Made by a program: the position numbers and the translations under genes
Assembly (NCBI GenBank): GCA_040902305.1
Contig: JBBDXN010000145.1
Span: 3,734 to 67,733 of the forward strand
Source of the DNA: Candidatus Rokuibacteriota bacterium
GTDB taxonomy: Bacteria > Methylomirabilota > Methylomirabilia > Rokubacteriales > CSP1-6
Direction: 5' to 3'
DNA length: 64,000 nt
The notes under the pieces: generated by a model
Told to the model about the DNA's origin: nothing
The model's database searches: none
The model's input: the letters and a program-made list of their open reading frames with translations, nothing else
In this document: piece after piece, positions 34,524 to 42,265 of the stretch
Layout of the letters: each line of letters opens with the position of its first letter
Position numbering within the stretch: position 1 is the stretch's first letter

Positions 34524-35051
34524 TCAGGGTCCGTTGCGGTGACTTGGCCCACTGCGGCGCCAGGTGCCGGATTTGCCTCCGGACTTCTCGACGAGGCAGA
34601 GGTTCGTCAAGACGACGCCCTTGTCGATGGCCTTCACCATGTCGTACACGGTGAGGCCCGCCACCGCGGCCGCGATCAGCGCTTCCATCTCCACGCCGGT
34701 CTTGTCCACCGTGCGCACGCGGGCGTGCACCGTGATGGTGGAGCGGCGCGAGTCCAGCGCGAACTCGACGTCCACCCCCGTGATGCGCAGCGGATGGCAG
34801 AGCGGGATCAGGTCGGGCGTGCGCTTGGCCGCCATGATGCCCGCGGTGCGGGCGACCCCGAGCACGTCGCCCTTGGCGAGCTGGCCGGCGCGGACCGCGG
34901 CCAGGGTCGCCGCCTTCATCTTGAGGGTGACGCGGGCCGCCGCCGCCCGGACGGTCTCCGCCTTGGCGGAGACATCCACCATCCGCGCCTCACCGGCAGG
35001 GGTCAGGTGGGAGAGGCCACGAAAGCCCGGCATCTCCCGGGACGGGGACAT
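34524..35051 (-). CDS. moaC: cyclic pyranopterin monophosphate synthase MoaC
   Basis: ATG 35051 in track ORF 34524..35165: ...[18 protein letters not shown]...[30 protein letters not shown]...[23 protein letters not shown]. The exact start is uncertain. Confidence 0.9.
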   Translation of the reverse strand: MSPSREMPGFRGLSHLTPAGEARMVDVSAKAETVRAAAARVTLKMKAATLAAVRAGQLAKGDVLGVARTAGIMAAKRTPDLIPLCHPLRITGVDVEFALDSRRSTITVHARVRTVDKTGVEMEALIAAAVAGLTVYDMVKAIDKGVVLTNLCLVEKSGGKSGTWRRSGPSHRNGP

Positions 35052-35071
35052 CGGTCGGGTGGGAACCCGAC

Positions 35072-35302
35072 TCAGGCGTGAGTCGCGGCGCGCGCGTGCC
35101 GGAGAAGCGCTTCCATCCGGTCCTTCGCGATGAGCTTGAGCTTCTTCAGCTCGCTCACGCGCCACTGCTGATCGGAGGAGAGGAAGCCGCGTCCGGTCAG
35201 CGCGCCCAGCTCCTCCTCGTAGCGGGTGTGCTCCTCGCGGAGCGTGCGGAAATCGTGATTCTCGGCGGTGAGTCGCTCGATGAACGCTTCCGTATCGGGC
35301 AT
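35072..35302 (-). CDS. DUF465 (YdcH-like) small coiled-coil protein
   Basis: Track ORF of 76 aa, preceded by AAGGAGG: ...[15 protein letters not shown]...[23 protein letters not shown]... Confidence 0.7.
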   Translation of the reverse strand: MPDTEAFIERLTAENHDFRTLREEHTRYEEELGALTGRGFLSSDQQWRVSELKKLKLIAKDRMEALLRHARAATHA

Positions 35303-35355
35303 GCGGACCTCCTTGCGAGGCGGTTGACCCTGCCCCAGCCAGCGTCAGTACCCGC

Positions 35356-35385
35356 GTTATACTCCCCGGCTCTTCGACGTGTCAA
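35356..35385 (-). promoter_or_regulatory. sigma70-like promoter: TTGACA - 18 nt - TATAAC, upstream of DUF465-moaC
   Basis: -35 at 35385-35380 (contains the TGA stop of the upstream ATPase gene), -10 at 35361-35356. Confidence 0.4.
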
Positions 35386-36479
35386 GGCTTGGCGTGGCGC
35401 AGGAGATGGGGCGCCGTCGCCTTGAAGTGCGCGGTCACCGGACTGCCCGGCGCGAAGCCCAACTCCTCCACGGAGCGCTGCGTCACGAGGGCCACCAGCG
35501 GGAATCCGCAGTCAATGATCACACGTACATGTGGACCATTCGGCACCAGGCGCTGGACCCGCCCGCCGAGCCGGTTGAACTCCCGCGTCCCGCCCGGCTT
35601 GGGGCCGCCGGGAAAGACCGCCACGTCCTCCGGTCTCACGCAGAGGCGCACGCGCTCGCCCGGCGCGGCCCGCTGCGCCACCTCGACCATCTGTCCCCCG
35701 ACGTCCACCAGGGCCCGATCCTGATTCCACTCCACGACCCGCCCGTCGAGAATGGTCTCCACCCCCACGAATCGCGCCACGTCCTCCGACGCGGGGGCCC
35801 GGAAGACCTGGGCCGCGTCGTCGAGCTGGACCAGGCGGCCGCCCATGAGGACGCCGACCCGATCGCCCAGCGTCATGGCCTCGGCGCGATCGTGCGTCAC
35901 CAGCACGGTGGTCGTGCGCTCCTGGCGCAGGATCCCGGCGAAATCCTCGAGGAGCGCCTCGCGGGTGGGCGGGTCGAGGGAGGAGAACGGCTCGTCCAGC
36001 AACAGCAGCTCGGGCTCGAGCACGAGCGCGCGGGCGAGCGCGGTCCGCTGGGCTTCGCCCCCCGAGAGCGTCCGGGCCTGGCGGGAGGCCAGATGCGCGA
36101 TGCCGAGCCGGGTGAGCCACGCGTCCACCTGGGGCGCGGTCCGCCCGGCGGCCACCCCGCGAAAGCGGAGCCCGAGGGCGACGTTGTCCCGGACGGTGGT
36201 GTCGGCGAGCAACGGCTCCTGGAAGACGCTGGCCATGCGCCGCCTCACCGCGAGGCCATCGGACCGGCTCACCGGCTCGCCCTGGAATCGCACGCTGCCC
36301 ACGGTCGGCACCTCGAGCAGGCCCAGCAGGCGGAGCAGGGTGGACTTGCCCGCGCCGTTCGGGCCGATGACCGCGAGCACCTGGCCCGCGTCCACCGCCA
36401 GCTCGGGGATCTCCAGCACGGTTCCGCCGGCGCGGATGACCTGGACGGCATGGAGCGCGACGACGGGCGGCGGCGTCAT
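35382..36479 (-). CDS. tupC: ABC transporter ATP-binding protein with C-terminal TOBE domain; probable tungstate TupC partner of TupAB
   Basis: ATG 36479 (ATGA overlap with the modC stop) in track ORF 35382..37691: ...GPNGAGKSTLLRLL...LSGGEAQRTALARAL...LLLLDEPFSSLD...; TOBE-like tail ...NRLGGRVQRLVPNGPHVRVIIDCG. The TupC assignment is by context. Confidence 0.7.
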   Translation of the reverse strand: MTPPPVVALHAVQVIRAGGTVLEIPELAVDAGQVLAVIGPNGAGKSTLLRLLGLLEVPTVGSVRFQGEPVSRSDGLAVRRRMASVFQEPLLADTTVRDNVALGLRFRGVAAGRTAPQVDAWLTRLGIAHLASRQARTLSGGEAQRTALARALVLEPELLLLDEPFSSLDPPTREALLEDFAGILRQERTTTVLVTHDRAEAMTLGDRVGVLMGGRLVQLDDAAQVFRAPASEDVARFVGVETILDGRVVEWNQDRALVDVGGQMVEVAQRAAPGERVRLCVRPEDVAVFPGGPKPGGTREFNRLGGRVQRLVPNGPHVRVIIDCGFPLVALVTQRSVEELGFAPGSPVTAHFKATAPHLLRHAKP

Positions 36480-37606
36480 GCCGACGGCAGGACGTGGATC
36501 GAGCCGCGATGCAGCGAGAATCGCCAGTGGCGGTCGCGGTCGATCTCGAGAATCTCGTAGACGAGCCGGGGCACCTCGACCTCCAGATCGTAGTCGCCCT
36601 GCGCGGGCGGCCCGGGCTCGTCGAGCCGGAAGTAGAGCGTCCAGATCGTGCCGAAGTCCACCTCGCGCACGATGGTGCCGGACATGAGATTCATGTGGTG
36701 GGCGGAGTCCACCCCGTCGCGGTCCTTCCGGATCAGGCGGACGTACTCCGGACGGATGAAGAAGGCGAGCGGGCTGTCCGGCGCGGGCAGGTACGAGCGG
36801 ATCGGCGAGTTCACGGCCTCGAGCGTCTGGCCACGCCAGCGGAACTGGATGCGGTCCGGCGTGGCCTTGAGCGTCACACCCTGGAGCAGGTTGCGCAGCC
36901 CCATGATGCGGGCCACGCTGCGCGAGGACGGCTGCCAGAGCAGCTCCGAACGCGGCGCGGCCTGGATCACGCGGCCGTCCTCGTACACCACGATGCGGTC
37001 GCCGAGCCGGTAGGCCTCGGTGAGGTCGTGGGTGACCAGCACCGCCGCGGTGCCCCAGCCGGTGAGGATGCTCCGCAGCTCGTCGCGGAGCGCCTGGCGG
37101 AGCGGCAGGTCGAGCGCGGACAGCGGCTCGTCCAGCAGGAGCAGCGAGGGGTCCGTGGCGAGGGCGCGCCCGAGCGCCACCCGCTGGCGCTGGCCACCCG
37201 ATAAGTCGCGCGGGTAGCGGTCCGCGTGCGCTTCGATCGAGAGCCGGGCCAGCACGTCGTTCACCCGCTGCCCGCGCTCCGCGCGGCTCCGGTCGCGAAG
37301 GCCGAAGCCCACGTTCTGGCGGACGGTGAGATGCGGGAACAGCGCATAGCCCTGGAAAACGTAGCCCACCCGCCGCCGCTGGGGCCGTAGGTCGATCCCG
37401 GCCGCCGCGTCGAAGAGGACCTGGTCGTTCACCACGATACGACCCGCATCGGGACGAACGAGCCCGGCCAGGCATTGCAGGGTGAGGGTCTTGCCGGATC
37501 CGGACGGGCCGAAGAGCACCGCGACGCCGTCGCCCGCGTGCCACTCCACGTCCAGGGTGAACCCGGGCAAGGATTTGCGCACGCTGACCTCGAGCCGGCT
37601 CGTCAT
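36476..37606 (-). CDS. modC: molybdate ABC transporter ATP-binding protein
   Basis: Track ORF of 376 aa: ...VAVLFGPSGSGKTLTLQCLAGLVRPDAGRIVVNDQVLFDAAAGIDLRPQRRRVGYVFQGYALFPHLTV..., close to E. coli ModC over the N-terminal half. C-terminal Mop/TOBE-like domain. Confidence 0.9.
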   Translation of the reverse strand: MTSRLEVSVRKSLPGFTLDVEWHAGDGVAVLFGPSGSGKTLTLQCLAGLVRPDAGRIVVNDQVLFDAAAGIDLRPQRRRVGYVFQGYALFPHLTVRQNVGFGLRDRSRAERGQRVNDVLARLSIEAHADRYPRDLSGGQRQRVALGRALATDPSLLLLDEPLSALDLPLRQALRDELRSILTGWGTAAVLVTHDLTEAYRLGDRIVVYEDGRVIQAAPRSELLWQPSSRSVARIMGLRNLLQGVTLKATPDRIQFRWRGQTLEAVNSPIRSYLPAPDSPLAFFIRPEYVRLIRKDRDGVDSAHHMNLMSGTIVREVDFGTIWTLYFRLDEPGPPAQGDYDLEVEVPRLVYEILEIDRDRHWRFSLHRGSIHVLPSA

Positions 37607-38268
37607 GCCGCCCGCGCTCCGAGGCGATTGGCGACGACGAGCACGAGGCAGGAGAGGACCGTGAGCACCGCCACCAGCCCCAGCGCCTCACCGCTCTCCC
37701 CGGTCTGCACCGCGGTGTAGATGGAGAGCGGCACGGTCGCGGTGCGGCCGGGAATGTTCCCGGCGAGCATCAGGGTCGCGCCGAACTCGCCCAGCGCCCG
37801 CGCGAAGGCGAGCACGACCCCGGCCAGGATGCCGTTGCGGGCGAGCGGCAGCGTGACCTCGAGCACGGTGCGCAGCTCCGAGCGGCCGAGGGTGTAGGCG
37901 GCGCGCTCGAGGTCGCGGTCCACCGACTCGATGGCGGCGCGCACCGTGCGGACCAGCAGCGGCAGCGCCATCACGGTGGCGGCGATCACCGCCGCGTACC
38001 AGGTGAAGGCCACCGTGAAGCCCGACAGCTCGTACAGTGGCGCGCCCAGCACGCCGCGCCGGCCCAGCAGCACGATCAGGTAGTAGCCGACCACGGTGGG
38101 CGGCAGCACCAGCGGCAGCGTCACCAGCAGGTCCACGACGCTCTTGCCCCAGAAGCGTCGACGCGCCAGCACGTAGGCGATCGGAATGCCCACGAGCGCG
38201 TTGAGGGCCGTGGCGGCCACCGCGACCTGGAGCGACAACCGGAGAGCGGAGAGATTGTCCGGGCTCAT
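37603..38268 (-). CDS. modB: molybdate ABC transporter permease
   Basis: Track ORF of 221 aa: ...LPLVLPPTVVGYYLIVLLG...EAAYTLG...ARALGEFGATLMLAGNIPGRT... (EAA loop). Confidence 0.9.
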   Translation of the reverse strand: MSPDNLSALRLSLQVAVAATALNALVGIPIAYVLARRRFWGKSVVDLLVTLPLVLPPTVVGYYLIVLLGRRGVLGAPLYELSGFTVAFTWYAAVIAATVMALPLLVRTVRAAIESVDRDLERAAYTLGRSELRTVLEVTLPLARNGILAGVVLAFARALGEFGATLMLAGNIPGRTATVPLSIYTAVQTGESGEALGLVAVLTVLSCLVLVVANRLGARAA

Positions 38269-38386
38269 GACGGATCCACATGACGCCCCGGTAGTATGCC
38301 ATGCCCGAATGCGCGGGCGATCTCCAGCACCGCCACGAGCGCGAGCGGGCGCCGGAGCGCGGCCGGCCTGAGCCGCAACGCGCGTG

Positions 38387-39157
38387 CTATCGCAGGCCCG
38401 CCGGCGGCGGCTGGAAGCCGAAGCACGCGAGGGTCGCCTGGCCCTCGCGGCTCACGAGCACACCGATCAAGGCCCGGGCGAGCGCGGGCTGGCGCGTTCC
38501 CGCCATGACGGCCACCGGGTATACCACCGGTCGATAGGTGTCCTCCGCCGGCCGGAAGGCCTCCTTCACCGCCTGGCCGCGGACCGCCGCGTCGGTGGTG
38601 TAGACGAACCCCGCGTCCACCTCGCCCCGGGTGACGTAGTCCAGCGCCTGGCGCACGTTCTCCGCGAAGATCAGCTTGGACCGCACCCGATCCCAGAGCC
38701 CGAGCGCCCGGAGGCTCTCCTCCGCGTACTGGCCCGCGGGCACAGTCCTGGGGTTGCCCACCACGATCCGGGTGATCCGCGCCTCGGCGAGATCGGCGGC
38801 CTTGGTGATGTCCACCCGTGAATCGGCGGGCTTGATCACGGTGAGCAGGTTCCGCGCGAAGGCCCGGCGGGTGCCGGGCACGATGAGCTGGCGCTTCTCG
38901 AGCTCGTCCATCTGGACCACCGACGCTGAGATGAACAGGTCAGAAGGCGCTCCCGCCTCGATCTGCTTCTGCAGCGCGCCCGAGGAGCCCCAGTTGTAGA
39001 GCACGGTCACGCCGGGTCGGGCCGCCGCGAAACCCTTGCCGACCTCGGTGACCGCGTCCTTCATGCTGATCGCCGCCGACACCGTCAGCGACTGGGCATC
39101 CGCGGCGGGAGCCACGCCCACCAGGACCGAGAGCGCCAGCGTGATCCACCGCATCAT
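38387..39157 (-). CDS. modA: molybdate ABC transporter substrate-binding protein
   Basis: Track ORF of 256 aa: signal peptide, ...LTVSAAISMKDAV...SSGALQKQIEAGAPSDLFISAS...VPAGQYA...VDAGFVYTTDA... Confidence 0.9.
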   Translation of the reverse strand: MMRWITLALSVLVGVAPAADAQSLTVSAAISMKDAVTEVGKGFAAARPGVTVLYNWGSSGALQKQIEAGAPSDLFISASVVQMDELEKRQLIVPGTRRAFARNLLTVIKPADSRVDITKAADLAEARITRIVVGNPRTVPAGQYAEESLRALGLWDRVRSKLIFAENVRQALDYVTRGEVDAGFVYTTDAAVRGQAVKEAFRPAEDTYRPVVYPVAVMAGTRQPALARALIGVLVSREGQATLACFGFQPPPAGLR

Positions 39158-39213
39158 GGCCGTGAGTGCCTCCAGGCCCCATGGTACCGCCGCCGGCTCC
39201 TCTGGGCAGGCGC

Positions 39214-39909
39214 TCAGGCGCGGCGGCGCTGCTGGATGACGCTCAGCGCCCAGTTCACCAGGAAGGTGATCAGCAGCAGGATCAGCGAGAGCGCGATCGC
39301 GATGTCGAAGTTGCCCTTGCCGGTCTCGAGTACGGTGGCGGTGGTGAGCACGCGGGTGGAGCCGCGGATATTGCCGCCCAGCATCATGGAGGCGCCCACC
39401 TCGGAGATCACGCCGCCGAAGCCCGCCATCACCGCGGCCAGCATCGGCAGCCGCGCTTCCTTGAGCAACACCCAGATCATCTGGAGGCGCGAGGCGCCCA
39501 GCCCGAGCATCTGCAGCCGGAACCGGTCCGGCACCTGCTGCACCGCGGCCAGCGTGAGGCCGGTGACAATGGGCACCGCGATCACGAACTGACCCGCCAC
39601 CATCGCCGACGGGGTGTAGAGCAGCTCGAGGAAGCCGAGCGCGCCGTTGCGCCAGAGGAGGATGGTCACGAACAGGCCCACCACCACCGGCGGCAGCCCC
39701 ATGCCGGTGTTCACGAGGCTGACCGCGAGGGCGCGGCCGGGGAAGCGCGAGAGCGCGAGCAGCGCGCCCAGCGGGATCCCGGCCAGGAGTGACAGGGCGG
39801 TCGCTCCCGCCGAGATCTGCAGCGACAGCCAGGTGATCTGCCAGACTTCGGGATCACCCGCCAGCAGCAGGCGGAACGCTTCGAGAACGCCCTGCCCGAA
39901 CAGTCCCAC
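39214..39909 (-). CDS. tupB: tungstate ABC transporter permease
   Basis: Track ORF of 231 aa: ...LLLAGDPEVWQITWLSLQIS...NTGMGLPPVVVGL...GFGGVISEVGASMMLGGNIRGSTRVLTTATVLETGKGNF... Confidence 0.85.
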   Translation of the reverse strand: MGLFGQGVLEAFRLLLAGDPEVWQITWLSLQISAGATALSLLAGIPLGALLALSRFPGRALAVSLVNTGMGLPPVVVGLFVTILLWRNGALGFLELLYTPSAMVAGQFVIAVPIVTGLTLAAVQQVPDRFRLQMLGLGASRLQMIWVLLKEARLPMLAAVMAGFGGVISEVGASMMLGGNIRGSTRVLTTATVLETGKGNFDIAIALSLILLLITFLVNWALSVIQQRRRA

Positions 39910-39924
39910 CGCGGACCGGGCCGG

Positions 39925-40767
39925 CTAGAGGTCTTCGTCCTTCTTGCCGGCCACCGGGACGAAGAGCGGCTGGCCGTACTTGTCCACCCCGAAGGTCTTG
40001 ATGACCGCCTGCGTCTCGGGCGTCAGCATGAAGTCGGCGAAGGCTTTCCCGCCCTTGGGGTTGACGCGCGGGCCGTTGGCCGGGTTCACCTCCATCACCG
40101 AGTAGATGTTGAGCAGCGGGCGGTCCTTCTCGACGAGGATCGGCAGGTCCACCCGCTTTTGGAACGCGAGAAACGTCGCCCGGTCGGTCAGGGTGTAGGC
40201 GCGCCGATCGTTGGCGATGCCGAGGGTCTGCCCCATGCCCTGCCCCGACTCGATGTACCACGCGCCCTTGGGCGCGATGCCCGCCTGCTTCCACAGGGCC
40301 AGCTCGAGGGTGTGGGTGCCCGACTTGTCACCACGCGAGGCGAAGCGCGACTGGCTCTGCGCGATGCGCTTGAGCGCGTCCACCGCCTTGGGCAGCCCCT
40401 TGATCTTCGCGGGATCGTCCGGCGGCCCGATGACGACGAAGTCGTTGTACATGACGAGGCGCCGGTTGGACATCTTGCCCTCGTCCACGTACTTCTTCTC
40501 GAGGCCTGGGGCGTGCGCGAGCGTGACGTCGGCCTCGCCGCGGGCGGCCAGGGCGAGCGCCTGGCCGGTGCCGACCGAGATGGTCTTCACGGTGAGCCCG
40601 CTGTTCTTCTCGAACATGGGCACCAGGACGTCGAGCAGCTCGGAGTCTTGGGTGCTCGTGGTGGTGGAGAGGATGACGATGTTCGATTGGGCGACTGCCG
40701 GCCCCGTCATGGACGGGAGCAGACCGACCGGCACCAGCCACAGAACCGCGGCGAGTCGAGCCATCAC
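39925..40767 (-). CDS. tupA: tungstate ABC transporter substrate-binding protein
   Basis: Track ORF of 280 aa: signal peptide, ...ILSTTTSTQDSELLDVLVPMFEK...VGTGQALALAARGEADVTLAHAP...MYNDFVVIGPPDDPA...SRGDKSGTH...GQGMGQTL... Confidence 0.85.
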   Translation of the reverse strand: MMARLAAVLWLVPVGLLPSMTGPAVAQSNIVILSTTTSTQDSELLDVLVPMFEKNSGLTVKTISVGTGQALALAARGEADVTLAHAPGLEKKYVDEGKMSNRRLVMYNDFVVIGPPDDPAKIKGLPKAVDALKRIAQSQSRFASRGDKSGTHTLELALWKQAGIAPKGAWYIESGQGMGQTLGIANDRRAYTLTDRATFLAFQKRVDLPILVEKDRPLLNIYSVMEVNPANGPRVNPKGGKAFADFMLTPETQAVIKTFGVDKYGQPLFVPVAGKKDEDL

Positions 40768-40904
40768 GAGGGTGCGCCTCCCAGGCTATATGCGGCTCGG
40801 AGCATACAGGCTCTCCGGAGCATAGTCAATGCGGTAGACTCGCCGCCGACCCGTCGCGACTCGGTGTATCATGGCCAGCGCGCGCCAAACCCCTGGGAGA
40901 CCAC

Positions 40905-41757
40905 ATGCGACGATTCGATCTCGTTCTGCCGAGTAGCCTCGAAGACTGCCTGAAGATCCTCGCGGAGCACGGAGGCCGGGCCAAGCTGCTGGCCGGAGGC
41001 ACCGATCTCCTGCCCCAGATGAAGAACGGCGCGCTGCATCCCGCCCTGGTGGTGGACCTCTCGGGTATCGCCCGGGTTCGCCAGGTCCAGAACGGCAACG
41101 GCCTCCGCATCGGCGCCGCGGTCACCGCGCGCGAGCTCGAGGTGAGCCCGGCGCTGCGCGGCGCCTATCTCGCGATCGCGGAGAGCGCGGCCATGGTCGG
41201 CTCGCTCCAGGTCCGCAACCTGGCCACGGTGGGCGGCAACCTCTGCAACGCCGCGCCCTCGGCCGACATGGCCCCGCCGCTGGTGGCGCTGGAGGCCCAG
41301 GCGGTCATCGCGGGGCCGGGCGGCGAGCGGCGCGTGCCGGTGGCCGATTTTTTCACCGGGGTCCGCACGACCGTGCTGGCGCCGAACGAGCTGCTGGTCG
41401 AGCTGGTGGTGCCGGCGCCCGGGGCCCACTGCGGGGGCCAGTACCTGCGGCACACCCCGCGGCGCGAGCTCGACATTGCCGTCGTAGGGGTGGCTTCTCA
41501 GCTCACCATGGCCGCCGGCCGCTGCACCAAGGCGCGCATCGCGCTCGCGTCGGTGGCCCCGACGCCGATCCGCGCCACCGCGGTCGCTCGAGGGCCAGGC
41601 GGTGACGCCCGAGGCCATCGAGCGCGCGGCCGCGCTGGCGATCGAGGCGGCCAAGCCCATCGACGACCAGCGCGGCTCCATCGAGTTCCGCAAGCACCTG
41701 GTCCGCGTCCTCACCCGTCGCACGCTCACGACCGCGCTCGCCCGCGCGAGCGCCTGA
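40905..41757 (+). CDS. FAD-binding medium subunit of an XDH/CODH-family molybdenum hydroxylase (CoxM-like), with an apparent +1 frameshift near 41585
   Basis: Track ORF 40905..41792 is CoxM-like up to ...APTPIRATAV, then turns to Arg/Pro/His junk. The next frame reads LEGQAVTPEAIERAAALAIEAAKPIDDQRGSIEFRKHLVRVLTRRTLTTALARASA-stop (TGA 41755-41757), the expected CoxM C-terminus, 17 nt before the next gene. Confidence 0.75.
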
Positions 41758-41773
41758 TCCGGAGGCAGATCCC

Positions 41774-42265
41774 GTGGCCAAGCACATCCTGAGCTGTACC
41801 GTCAACGGCGAGCCGGTCGAGGTGCTCGTCCAGCCGTACGTCACCCTCCTCGACGCCCTGCGCGAGGACATCGGGCTCACCGGCCCCAAGGAAGGCTGCG
41901 GCACGGGCGACTGCGGCGCCTGCACCGTCCACGTGGACGGCAAGGTGGTGGCGAGCTGCCTGATGCTGGCCATGCAGGCCCGCGGCCGGAAGATTCGCAC
42001 CATCGAGGGCCTGGCATCCGCGGACACCACCCTGCACCCGCTGCAGGACGCCTTCGTCCGCCACGGGGTGCCCCAGTGCGGCTTCTGCATCCCGGGCGTC
42101 CTGATGGCGGCGGCCGCGCTGCTCGAGGAGAACCCGCGGCCCTCCGAGGAGGAGATCCGCTACGGCATCGCCGGCAATCTCTGCCGCTGCACCGGCTACA
42201 CCAAGATGGTAACCGCGATCAGCGAGGCGGCGGGCGCCCTCGCCTCGCAGAGGAGCGCTCGATGA
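41774..42265 (+). CDS. [2Fe-2S]-binding small subunit of the molybdenum hydroxylase (CoxS-like)
   Basis: Track ORF of 163 aa: ...GCGTGDCGACTV...CLMLA... and ...QCGFCIPG...CRCTGY... Confidence 0.9.
   Translation: MAKHILSCTVNGEPVEVLVQPYVTLLDALREDIGLTGPKEGCGTGDCGACTVHVDGKVVASCLMLAMQARGRKIRTIEGLASADTTLHPLQDAFVRHGVPQCGFCIPGVLMAAAALLEENPRPSEEEIRYGIAGNLCRCTGYTKMVTAISEAAGALASQRSAR

Noticed and set aside
38269-38386. 118-bp gap between modA and modB examined for an internal regulator or small gene
   Set aside because: No ORF with an SD, no clear hairpin and no promoter-like hexamers were seen. It was left unannotated.
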